Shown in pieces: positions 16,182-23,766 of a stretch of DNA of 64,000 nucleotides. Source of the DNA: Verrucomicrobiota bacterium. Lineage in GTDB: Bacteria; Verrucomicrobiota; Verrucomicrobiia; Limisphaerales; UBA11358. A model generated the notes under the pieces. The model did no database searches. It was given only the letters and a program-made list of their open reading frames with translations, and was not told where the DNA came from. A program made the position numbers and the translations under genes. Within the stretch, counting starts at the first letter, position 1; each line of letters begins with the position of its first letter. Location of the stretch: positions 7,918 through 71,917 of the forward strand of contig JBEKMW010000007.1 of assembly GCA_049523455.1 (NCBI GenBank), in the 5' to 3' direction.

Positions 16182-18731
16182 TCACGGCTTCACCACCGCC
16201 ACCACCAGCGCCTCCGGCCGCAGATACTTCTGCGCGGCGGCTTTCACTTGGGCCAGCGTCACGGCTTCGTATCGCGCGTCGTCCCATTCCGCGCGTTGCC
16301 AGCCGAGGCCGTACAGTTCGTCCAGTGCGGTGGTGGAGGCCAGATGGCCGAGGTCCTGTCGCGCAATCTTCTTCTGGCCGATGAGTTTGGCCTTCGCGCG
16401 CTTGAGTTCATCCGCTTTCAGTCCGTCGGTGCGCAGCAATTCGGCTTCTTTAAGCAATTCCGTTTCCACTTGCGCCGCCTTCGCCGGTTCCGTGCCGGTG
16501 TAAAACGCAAAGTAGCCCGGGACCAGTCCGGCAAAGTTTTGCGCGCCGACGTAGTAAGCCAGCCCCAGTTCATCGCGGATGCGCAGGAACAGCCGCGATC
16601 CTAGGTCGCTGCACGACTCTTGCAGCAGATCCAACGCGTAACGGTCCTCGTCCCCCATCGTCGTCCCCGGGAAACCGATCACCAACACCGCCTGCTTTTT
16701 GTCTCGGGTTTCTTCCATTCGATTGGATGTTGGATGTTCGATGTTCGATGTTGGATGTTGAATTCCCTCGCCCGGCTTCCATCGGCCAAACGCCTTCTTC
16801 ACCGCCGCCTTGACCCCGGTTGTCTTCACGTCGCCGTAAATGGCCACCACGGCATTGTTCGGCACGATGAGCTTGCGGTGAAACGCCTTCAAATCCGCGG
16901 TCTCAAGTTTTACCACGGAACCTTCCGTGCCCAAGACATCCAGGCCATACCCCCCGTTGCCGAACATGGCCTTGCGCATGGCTAGGCTCGCGCTCTTGAG
17001 CAGGTCGTCTCTTTGCGCATGAATGCCCGCAATTTGCACCTCGCGTTCGCGTTTCATTTCGTTTCCGGGGAAGACCGGGTTCAGCACGACGTCGGCCAGC
17101 AACGCCAGGCCGGTCGCAAAATCGCTGCTCAGCACTTCCGCGGTTACGCCCAGACTGTTGTTGCCGCCGTAGCTGTCAATGCTGCCGCCGACCGATTCGA
17201 TTTCCGTCACAATCTTCTCCGCGCTGCGCGTCTGGGTGCCCTTGAGAAGCATTTTGGAAAGCAAGTGGGTCACGCCGTTGTTCCCGGCGGTTTCGGCCAG
17301 TACGCCGCCTTGAAAAACGGCTCGAAACTCCACGAACGGCAGGCGATGGTCTTCCTTCACCAGCAGCCGCAATCCGTTCGCCAGCTCAATTTTCTGGATC
17401 GCGTGGTCCGCGTTGGTCTCGATTTCCAGGCGGGCCTTCGGGGCGGCGCCGTTGGGCAGCAGCGCGTAAAGCGTGCGGTTTTCCGGCGTGAGATATTCCC
17501 GGGCGACGCGCTGCACGTCGGCGCGCGTCACGCGTTTGACGGCCGCCAGGTAGCGCTCGGAAAAATTCAGGTCGTTGGCGGCCAGCCAGTTGCCCCCCAG
17601 GTTTTGCGCCTGGCCTTCCATGGTCTTGCGCGCCGCCAAAGTGCCCGAGACGAATTGTTTCACCGCCTTTTTTACTTCCCCGGCCGAGACCGAACTGGAT
17701 TTGACCCGTTCGACTTCGGCCAGCATCGCCTCACGCGCCGGTGCGAACTTATCGCCGTCAGCGATGGCGCTCAGGCCGAAGAGTCCCGGCAAACCGGGAC
17801 TGTAAGTCCAGGCTTCGACGTGATGCACCAGGCCCTGTTTCTCGCGCACCTGCTGGAAAAGACGGGAGCTATGGCCGCCGCCCAGCAGCACGGCCAGCAC
17901 GTCGAGCGCCGGGATGTCACGATGGCGCAGTTCGGGAATATGCCAGGCAAAATGAAAATGCCCGAGTTCAATCGGCGCCTCCTCGACGATTTCGCGTGGC
18001 GCGGTCTGCTTGGGCTCCGCCGGCAGGACCATCGGCGGCAGCGCCTGGGCCTTGGTCTTTCCGTAGGCGGCGCGGATTTGGGCCACCACCTCGTCGTTTT
18101 TCACGTCGCCGGCCACCACGTAGAACACGTTGTTGGGCGCGTATTTCTCGTGGTAATAGCCGTGAATGTCGTCGGGCTTGAGTTCGTTGAAAATGTCGGG
18201 GTACCCGATGATCGTGAAGCGATACGGGCTTTTGGTGTAAGCGGCTTCAAACAACCGGCGGCTCGCGCGGCGGGCGGGATCGTCCTGGCCCATGTCCATC
18301 TCGCGGCGGATCACATCCATTTCCTTGGCCAATTCGTCCGGCGGCAGCGTGGCGTGCTGCATGATGTCGCACAGAATATCAATCGCCGTATGCGCGCCCG
18401 TGTTGGGCACGTCAATGTGATACACCGTGCGGTCGAAGCTCGTGTACGCGTTCATGTAACCGCCCGCCTCCTGCACTTCCTGGTCAATGCGGCTCCCCGG
18501 CCGCGTCGTCGTGCCCTTGAACAGCATGTGTTCGAGCACGTGCGACAGCCCCGCGCCGAGCCACCGGCCTTCGTTGATGCTTCCCGTGGCGCACCACGCT
18601 TGCGCCGACACCACCGGCGCGCTGTGGTCCTCGCCCACGATCACCACCAGCCCGTTCTCGAGCGTGGTGATATTCACCCCCGGTGGCTGCGACGGGATTT
18701 CACCATTTAGACCTGATTTACTCATTGGCAT
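16182..18731 (-). CDS. Fused double M16-family (pitrilysin/insulinase-like) zinc peptidase
   Basis: HxxEH zinc motif in GLSHVLEHMLFKGT. A second M16-like half follows. The halves are joined through an IQHPTSNIEHPTSN segment encoded by a heptamer tract. Start chosen at ATG 18731. Confidence 0.85.
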   Translation of the reverse strand: MPMSKSGLNGEIPSQPPGVNITTLENGLVVIVGEDHSAPVVSAQAWCATGSINEGRWLGAGLSHVLEHMLFKGTTTRPGSRIDQEVQEAGGYMNAYTSFDRTVYHIDVPNTGAHTAIDILCDIMQHATLPPDELAKEMDVIRREMDMGQDDPARRASRRLFEAAYTKSPYRFTIIGYPDIFNELKPDDIHGYYHEKYAPNNVFYVVAGDVKNDEVVAQIRAAYGKTKAQALPPMVLPAEPKQTAPREIVEEAPIELGHFHFAWHIPELRHRDIPALDVLAVLLGGGHSSRLFQQVREKQGLVHHVEAWTYSPGLPGLFGLSAIADGDKFAPAREAMLAEVERVKSSSVSAGEVKKAVKQFVSGTLAARKTMEGQAQNLGGNWLAANDLNFSERYLAAVKRVTRADVQRVAREYLTPENRTLYALLPNGAAPKARLEIETNADHAIQKIELANGLRLLVKEDHRLPFVEFRAVFQGGVLAETAGNNGVTHLLSKMLLKGTQTRSAEKIVTEIESVGGSIDSYGGNNSLGVTAEVLSSDFATGLALLADVVLNPVFPGNEMKREREVQIAGIHAQRDDLLKSASLAMRKAMFGNGGYGLDVLGTEGSVVKLETADLKAFHRKLIVPNNAVVAIYGDVKTTGVKAAVKKAFGRWKPGEGIQHPTSNIEHPTSNRMEETRDKKQAVLVIGFPGTTMGDEDRYALDLLQESCSDLGSRLFLRIRDELGLAYYVGAQNFAGLVPGYFAFYTGTEPAKAAQVETELLKEAELLRTDGLKADELKRAKAKLIGQKKIARQDLGHLASTTALDELYGLGWQRAEWDDARYEAVTLAQVKAAAQKYLRPEALVVAVVKP
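16725..16766. repeat. Six-unit heptamer tract inside the M16 peptidase gene
   Basis: ggatgtt|ggatgtt|cgatgtt|cgatgtt|ggatgtt|gaattcc (42 nt, in frame). Encodes IQHPTSNIEHPTSN on the minus strand. Confidence 0.9.
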
Positions 18732-18818
18732 TGAACGAGAAACATATGCGGAAATGCGTTTTGAGCAACCCAAATTGGCAAACGCGGGCAGAAATGGACA
18801 TGCCCCTCCTCCCATCGG

Positions 18819-19167
18819 ATGGAGAGGGCCGGGGTGAGGGGCTCGTTCACTATTTCATTGGATGTTGGATGTTCCCCGAGGGCCATGGCTTCGGATCGCA
18901 CGCTGAGGAGGCCGGAACTTTTGGACTGCGCCGGCAAAGCGAAGCGGCGACGGCGCTTTCGGATGTCGGGGGCTCATGGATCTGCGCAACCGCGTTGGGC
19001 CGCAGTGCCCCCTGAAACATTTCTCCTTTCTGCTTTGTTCTCCGACCTCTGACCTCCGACCTCAGCATGTCAGCATGTCAGCGTTAAACGCCCATGGTCC
19101 TCAGTCTCGTGGTCTGTGGTCTCGTTGTCAGTAGTCTCGTGGTCTCGTGGTCTGTGGTCTGCAGTGC
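18819..19167 (+). repeat. ~350-bp dispersed composite element, copy 2
   Basis: Same as 13873-14230 apart from a few substitutions and one ~10-nt indel (tttcagcttttt). Confidence 0.9.
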
Positions 19168-19253
19168 TCGATGTTCCCCGGTTCATGGAGGATTTTGCCA
19201 AAGTGAAAGAAGCTTTGATTCGTTTGTTAAACTTGCAGACCTAACCGATTTTC

Positions 19254-19330
19254 GCGCACGGTCGAAGCCCGGTTTCCCACCACGCGCCTTTGGGTTTGGC
19301 CAGGAAGGAATCCTTGCGGCGCCGGCGGAA
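19254..19330 (+). repeat. REP-like module D (cacggNcgaagcccgNtttcccNccacgcg...), copy upstream of hicB
   Basis: Related copies at 19859-19934 (after hicA) and 20493-20527 (after parE). Confidence 0.7.
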
Positions 19331-19393
19331 CTGGCAAAGCCGCAAAGCCGCCTGAACGGTTGCGTAATCCGTCCGGTTGTTTATATTGTCCGC

Positions 19394-19633
19394 GTGAAAA
19401 CCTATCACGAGTTCGAGATCAATTATTTTCAGGACGAGGACGGGATGTTCACGGCGGAAGTGCCGGCCATTCGCGGCTGCGTAGCTTGGGGCAAAACCAT
19501 CGTGGAGGCCTATCACAACGCGGTGGACGCCATTGAAAGCTGTCTGGAAGCGCGTGAAAAAGTTGGCGCCAGGAAGCCGCGCAAACCTCGTTACGCCGGG
19601 CTGAACATCTACCGCCGTCAGGTTCATGCCTAA
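19394..19633 (+). CDS. hicB: HicB-family antitoxin
   Basis: VKTYHEFEINYFQDEDGMFTAEVPAIRGCVAWGKTIVEAYHNAVDAIESCLE. GTG 19394 chosen inside track ORF 19094..19633. Overlaps hicA by 8 nt. Confidence 0.75.
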   Translation: MKTYHEFEINYFQDEDGMFTAEVPAIRGCVAWGKTIVEAYHNAVDAIESCLEAREKVGARKPRKPRYAGLNIYRRQVHA

Positions 19634-19844
19634 ACTCGTGCCGGTTTCGCACCGCGAACTCGCCCGCAAACTCCGCCGGGCGGGCTTCGTGGAAATCCGC
19701 ACCAGCCGTCATCCGGTTTATTATTCGGCGGCCAAAGACCTGACCGTTCCCATTCCCCGCCATCCCGGCGACGTGCCTAAGGGCACGCTGCGCAGCATCA
19801 TTCGCGAAATGGAAATCAGGGTTGAAGAATTCAACGCCCTGTGA
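19626..19844 (+). CDS. hicA: HicA-family mRNA interferase toxin
   Basis: MPKLVPVSHRELARKLRRAGFVEIRTSRHPVYYSAAKDLTVPIPRHPGDVPKGTLRSIIREMEI is the typical HicA/YcfA fold signature. Confidence 0.85.
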   Translation: MPKLVPVSHRELARKLRRAGFVEIRTSRHPVYYSAAKDLTVPIPRHPGDVPKGTLRSIIREMEIRVEEFNAL

Positions 19845-19858
19845 TCGGACCACGGGCG

Positions 19859-19934
19859 AAGCCCGATTTTCCGCCACGCGACTTGGGGTTGGGACCGGAA
19901 GGAAGCTTTGCGGGGACGGAAGCGGTTCAATCCT
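19859..19934 (+). repeat. REP-like module D, copy between the two TA pairs
   Basis: ccacgggcgaagcccgattttccgccacgcgacttggggttgggaccggaaggaagctttgcggggacggaagcgg. Confidence 0.7.
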
Positions 19935-19968
19935 TGCCAACAGGCAGCGTCGAACTTAAATTGCGTCC

Positions 19969-20199
19969 ATGAGCAAAATGGAAATTCTGGCGGAACTGCC
20001 CAAACTGGCGGTCGCGGACCGGCGCGAGATTTTCGATCATCTCTGCGACTTGGAGGAGCGCGACCTGCTCAATGGCGGTGCGACGCCAGAGGAAAAGGCC
20101 CTGCTCGACCGTGAAATGGAAGAATACCGCCGGAATCCCGACGCCGGTTCGACTTGGGATGAAGTGCAAACCCGCATCCGCAAACCGGCCCGCCCGTGA
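19969..20199 (+). CDS. Addiction-module antitoxin component
   Basis: MSKMEILAELPKLAVADRREIFDHLCDLEE...EMEEYRRNPDAGSTWDEV. Stop overlaps the toxin GTG start (GTGA). Confidence 0.7.
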   Translation: MSKMEILAELPKLAVADRREIFDHLCDLEERDLLNGGATPEEKALLDREMEEYRRNPDAGSTWDEVQTRIRKPARP

Positions 20200-20483
20200 G
20201 CTGGCGCGTTATCATCCGGCCGAACGCGGAGGCGGATTTGCGCGAAGCATGGGCGTGGTATGAGTCCCAGCGCCCCGGTTTGGGCGATGAATTGTTGATG
20301 GAAGTCCATGCAGCGATTCGCCGGCTGGAAAGCGACCCGGAGCGCCGCCCATTTTATTACCGTGATTTTCGCCGCCTCCTCACCCGCCGGTTTCCTTACA
20401 AGCTTTTTTATCGCGTGGAATGCGAGCGCGTCATGGTTTTCCGCATTTTGCACGCGAAACGGGAGCATCGGCGGCAGCTTTGA
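20196..20483 (+). CDS. parE: RelE/ParE-family toxin
   Basis: IIRPNAEADLREAWAWYESQRPGLGDELLMEVHAAIRRLESDPERRP...RRFPYKLFYRVECERVMVFRILHAKRE. Confidence 0.8.
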   Translation: MSWRVIIRPNAEADLREAWAWYESQRPGLGDELLMEVHAAIRRLESDPERRPFYYRDFRRLLTRRFPYKLFYRVECERVMVFRILHAKREHRRQL

Positions 20484-20510
20484 ATGGAACGGCGCACGGT
20501 CAAAGGCCGG

Positions 20511-20595
20511 TTTCCCACCACGCGCCTGCGTTTTGGACTGCGGTGGCAAGCGCAGCGCGACACCGCTTTCCGAACATCAATTAAACCACCGGGAC
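20511..20595 (+). repeat. REP-like module, copy 2
   Basis: cgcgcctgcgttttggactgcggtggcaagcgcagcgcgacaccgctttccgaacatc... Confidence 0.8.
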
Positions 20596-20707
20596 ACGCC
20601 TCGTCATTCCCATAGCGCCGTCACCGCTCCACTCTGCCGGCGCATTCCAAATGAAAGGTAATGAAACCAGTCGCGGTCAACTGCCCCGCTCTTGCGCCGC
20701 GTCACAA

Positions 20708-21145
20708 GTTTCAATCCGCGCCCCGCGCACATGCGCGGGGCGACCCGGTAGGGCGGCGCTGCCGCGCCGCCCCAACTCAGTTTCAATCCTGTTTGGAATT
20801 TGAAATTTTGGATTTTCGATTGGGGTCACAATGGTCCAAGGCCGCTCCGGCTTTCAATAACCCACGCCATGTACCCGAGGAAGCCGTCATACTTTCCAAT
20901 CCACGCCCCGCGCACATGTGCGGGGCGACCCGGATATGTCCGATCCGTCCAATACGTCAGATCGGTTTCAATCCGCGCCCCGCACACGCGCGCGGGGCGA
21001 CGTCATGCAGCAGGTCCGCAGCGAGCGCATGAAGGAGTTTCAATCCGCGCCCCGCGCACGCGCGCGGGGCGACAAGTCATCCGCGACCTGCACGACACCA
21101 AAAAAATCGTTTCAATCCGCGCCCCGCGCACGCGCGCGGGGCGAC
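20708..21145 (-). CRISPR. CRISPR array with a 37-nt repeat and 35-nt spacers, type I-C-like, interrupted and decaying at the distal end
   Basis: Plus-strand repeat is gtttcaatccgcgccccgcgcacgcgcgcggggcgac, at 21109-21145, 21037-21073, 20965-21001 (1 mismatch), 20893-20929 (4 mismatches) and 20708-20744 (2 mismatches). A 10-nt stub sits at 20780-20789. On the minus strand it ends ...GGATTGAAAC and has a 9-bp stem gccccgcgc/gcgcggggc. Confidence 0.9.
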
Positions 21146-21352
21146 TGCGGCCCTCCCTCTCGGTTGAGCCGCAAGCACTTTTTAGCCCCTTTTCGCCAAC
21201 CTGCCAATCCCTCTCGCACGCTGACGTTCCGATATGTCAAAGAACGATGGAAAATGCCCGCCATCATTGCGGTTGCCCCCTGCCGCGAAATCCCGGTTGC
21301 CGGCCCGTCACTTCTGGTTCGCGGAATGGCGTTCATACAATCAATGGTTCGT
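21146..21352 (-). promoter_or_regulatory. Putative CRISPR leader between the cas1 stop and the first repeat
   Basis: Position only. The best-conserved repeats abut this side and degenerate repeats lie at the far end. No Cas2-like frame is seen here in any of the 3 minus-strand frames. Confidence 0.4.
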
Positions 21353-22228
21353 TCAGATCCACTGCGTCACCGCCAGACGGTCAGCCAGCCACGGACGGAA
21401 TTCCTCCATCAAATCCAGCGCCAGCCCCGGACGGTTCGGGCGGTCGGCGTGGAGAAACCCGACAAACGGATCGAGGCCGATGCTGGTCAAAGCCGCGATG
21501 CAATCATGCCGCACCAGCGCGTATAGAAACGAAAGCAGACAATTGATGCGGTCGCGCGGCGGACGGCGGCTGCGATTGGCAAACGTGAAGTCCCCGCGCT
21601 GCTGCTTGAGCAACCAGGTGAACACGCCAAAATAAGTCGCGCTGCCCATGCCTTCCGCGCCGCGCAAAGCGTCAAGCGCGCCGGTTTTCCGCAAATCATC
21701 GGCCGTCCATCGGCCGAGTTCCTGAATTTGGCCCGCCAGCTTGTCGGTCGCCTCTGAAATTTGAGATCTGTCGTTTGAAATTTCAGATTCGCGCCCCGCC
21801 CGGAGCAGAGAGTTGCGGCTGTTTTGGAGTTTGCCGGCAATGATTTGCCGCGCGATGGCCGCGCATTTGGCCGCATCATCGGCGGCGCGGAATTGTGCCC
21901 GCCGCAACGTCACGCTGGTATCCGCCACGCCCGTCATCCGCGCCTGGAGATAACCGTTTTCGCTTAAAAAATTCACCGCCACGCCGTGTTCCCAGCATAA
22001 ATCCAGCGCCGGCGGACTGATGGTGCTTGGCCCAAAGACACAGATGGATTCCAGCATGTGAATGGGGATGGACAGTTTCTTCCAGTCCGACACCCGTTCG
22101 CGAATGCGTTCCGCAGGCGGGAGATCGTCAGGATACAACGGCACTTCCACTTGCAGCGTTAAATGGTCGCGCGCCACGTAGCTGGCGGGCGTCGTCAGAT
22201 ACAGCGTGTTTTGGGCAAAGTCGGGCAT
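21353..22228 (-). CDS. cas1: Cas1 (type I-C-like), apparently C-terminally truncated
   Basis: NTLYLTTPASYVARD... then RPPRDRINCLLSFLYALVRHDCIAALTSIGLDPFVGFLHADRPNRPGLALDLMEEFRPWLADRL, then a stop after ...AVTQWI. 291 aa, versus the ~340 aa I recall for I-C Cas1. Contains the ESEISNDRSQISE segment encoded by an AT-rich palindromic motif. Confidence 0.85.
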   Translation of the reverse strand: MPDFAQNTLYLTTPASYVARDHLTLQVEVPLYPDDLPPAERIRERVSDWKKLSIPIHMLESICVFGPSTISPPALDLCWEHGVAVNFLSENGYLQARMTGVADTSVTLRRAQFRAADDAAKCAAIARQIIAGKLQNSRNSLLRAGRESEISNDRSQISEATDKLAGQIQELGRWTADDLRKTGALDALRGAEGMGSATYFGVFTWLLKQQRGDFTFANRSRRPPRDRINCLLSFLYALVRHDCIAALTSIGLDPFVGFLHADRPNRPGLALDLMEEFRPWLADRLAVTQWI

Positions 22229-22264
22229 GGGAGATCTGAAATTTGGGATTTTGAGATTTGAAAT

Positions 22265-22792
22265 TCAGATGAGGCCGCGCTCCTCGGCGTCCTTGCGGAG
22301 CGGATGATTTGGCGGCAGACTGCGCAACAACTGCTTTTGCATCGCCACCGCCCGTTGCTTCTGGCCGTCCGCTTGCCGGGATTTGTCCGTCAAATGCCGC
22401 TGACCTTTGATGTCCGAGTTTTGCAGCGAATCCGCCCAGCCGCGCAACTGCCGGGAACACGACTCGGCTATGGATTTCAAATTTGAAATCTCCGATCTGA
22501 GATCCGCCGGCCAGTTCGCCTTCCGGCCCCGGCGCTCTTTCAAACAGAGCATCGAGCGCACTTCGCCCGCCGAACCGCGCGCGATGTAAATAAACGCAAG
22601 GAGTTCATTGGTCGTGCCGCGCTCGAAACCCTCGGCTACGTTGTTGGAAACCGACAGCGCCGCGCGGTCCAGTTGGTCGCGAAAGCCGCGGCTCGCGGGG
22701 AACGACTCGTTTTCCAGCAAGTCTTCCGTCGTTTCGTAAAGGTCGGCGGCCTTCTGCCACACCGGCAGGTCTTCGAATCGTTTATAGGTCAT
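22265..22792 (-). CDS. Four-helix-bundle protein (23S rRNA intervening-sequence protein family)
   Basis: MTYKRFEDLPVWQKAADLYETTEDLLENESFPASRGFRDQLDRAALSVSNNVAEGFERGTTNELLAFIYIARGSAGEVRS. Start chosen at ATG 22792 within track ORF 22265..22936. Confidence 0.85.
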   Translation of the reverse strand: MTYKRFEDLPVWQKAADLYETTEDLLENESFPASRGFRDQLDRAALSVSNNVAEGFERGTTNELLAFIYIARGSAGEVRSMLCLKERRGRKANWPADLRSEISNLKSIAESCSRQLRGWADSLQNSDIKGQRHLTDKSRQADGQKQRAVAMQKQLLRSLPPNHPLRKDAEERGLI

Positions 22793-22866
22793 GGGGATTG
22801 GGGGGGTGAGGGTGGTGGTTATTTTCGTGAGTTGTCCGGGAAATATAAAATGTTCGATTTGAACTT

Positions 22867-23766
22867 TCAAATTTGAAATATCTGTCTGGCCAGCCGTTCC
22901 GCCCGGCTGTCCTCGCCCGCGGCTTTGGGCAGACAAATTTCAAACAGCGAACATTCCTCGCAAGCCGGTTTGAAAATGGCCGGCGGCACGCGCTGTGAAT
23001 CCAGCAAGCCCCGCAACTCCCCGAGCGAACGCTCAACCAACGCCCGCAATTCCGGCGTAAACTCCACCTCGCGCCGGCGTTTGCTCGCGGCGTGAAAGAC
23101 CGCGCCGCGTTCAATCTGCCGCCCGAGCATTTCCTCCAGGCACAAAGCCTGCGCGCAAAGCTGCGCATCGTCATTCTCAAACGCGCGGCGTTTGCCTTTT
23201 TTATATTCCACCGGCACCAGTGCGCCGATCCCTCGCCCATCAGATGCGAGAGAATTCCCCGAAGAATTCGCGCATTGAACTCCCGAACCTGCCGATGCCC
23301 GGCGAGCCTCCGAATATGGATGTCGCCCGCTTGCGGTTCCCTCTCCGCTCCCATTCTGATGGGAGGGGAGAGGGTCAGGGTGAGGTGAGGGCCCTGCCTT
23401 CATTGGATGTTGGGCGTTGAATGTTGAATGTTGAATGTCCTCCGGTTCATGGAGAGGGTGGCCGGAGGTCAGGTGAGGGTGAACTTCCACCACGTCGCAT
23501 TTCCCGGAAAGCCCCAGCCGTTCCGACCAAACCGGCAGCGCGCGTAAGAGCGTAACACCCTTGGCGACTTCGTAACCCGGCAAATCCGCGTGTTCATGGA
23601 CAATATCACCAAGGACAGTGTGTTTGTTTTCTGAGCGAACGCCCTCCACCGCCTTCAACGCCGCCCGTCGCGGGCAATAGAGCAAATCGTTGAGGAGCGA
23701 GAGGGGCAAGGTTTCCCGTTCCTCACTGTCTGAAATTTGAAATTTTGGATTTTCGATTGGGGTCAC
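22867..23766 (-). CDS. cas4: Cas4 (RecB-like nuclease, I-C-like) carrying a large in-frame repeat-derived insertion
   Basis: N-half reads LPLSLLNDLLYCPRRAAL...LGLSGKCDVVEV. C-half reads ALVPVEYKKGK...DDAQLCAQALCLEEMLG...ACEECSLFEICLP. About 86 unrelated codons lie between them. GTG start overlaps the upstream stop. Confidence 0.85.
   Translation of the reverse strand: MTPIENPKFQISDSEERETLPLSLLNDLLYCPRRAALKAVEGVRSENKHTVLGDIVHEHADLPGYEVAKGVTLLRALPVWSERLGLSGKCDVVEVHPHLTSGHPLHEPEDIQHSTFNAQHPMKAGPSPHPDPLPSHQNGSGEGTASGRHPYSEARRASAGSGVQCANSSGNSLASDGRGIGALVPVEYKKGKRRAFENDDAQLCAQALCLEEMLGRQIERGAVFHAASKRRREVEFTPELRALVERSLGELRGLLDSQRVPPAIFKPACEECSLFEICLPKAAGEDSRAERLARQIFQI
23261..23480. repeat. Copy of the composite REP-like element (same family as 13679-13895) inside cas4
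   Basis: Shares gaagaattcgcgcat..gaacctgccgatgcc..ccgaatatg.., the hairpin ccctctccgctccca-ttctga-tgggaggggagaggg, gtgaggtgaggg, heptamers ggatgtt/gaatgtt and ccggttcatggagaggg, in the same order as 13679-13895. Confidence 0.8.

Noticed and set aside
19241-20600. Integron-like interpretation of the repeat-bounded TA cassettes.
   Set aside because: There is no intI-like integrase or attI in the window. Module D shows no obvious attC-type imperfect palindrome with extrahelical bases. Similar REP modules follow non-cassette genes (for example at 3524-3600).
21146-21352. Searched for a cas2 gene or the missing Cas1 C-terminus in the cas1-array gap.
   Set aside because: I translated all three minus-strand frames. 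None resembles Cas2 or the Cas1 C-terminal helices, and the frames contain multiple stops.
20800-21546. 248-aa and 202-aa plus-strand ORFs across the CRISPR array.
   Set aside because: The translations are periodic (..SIRAPRTRAGR..) because they read through CRISPR repeats. They are not genes.
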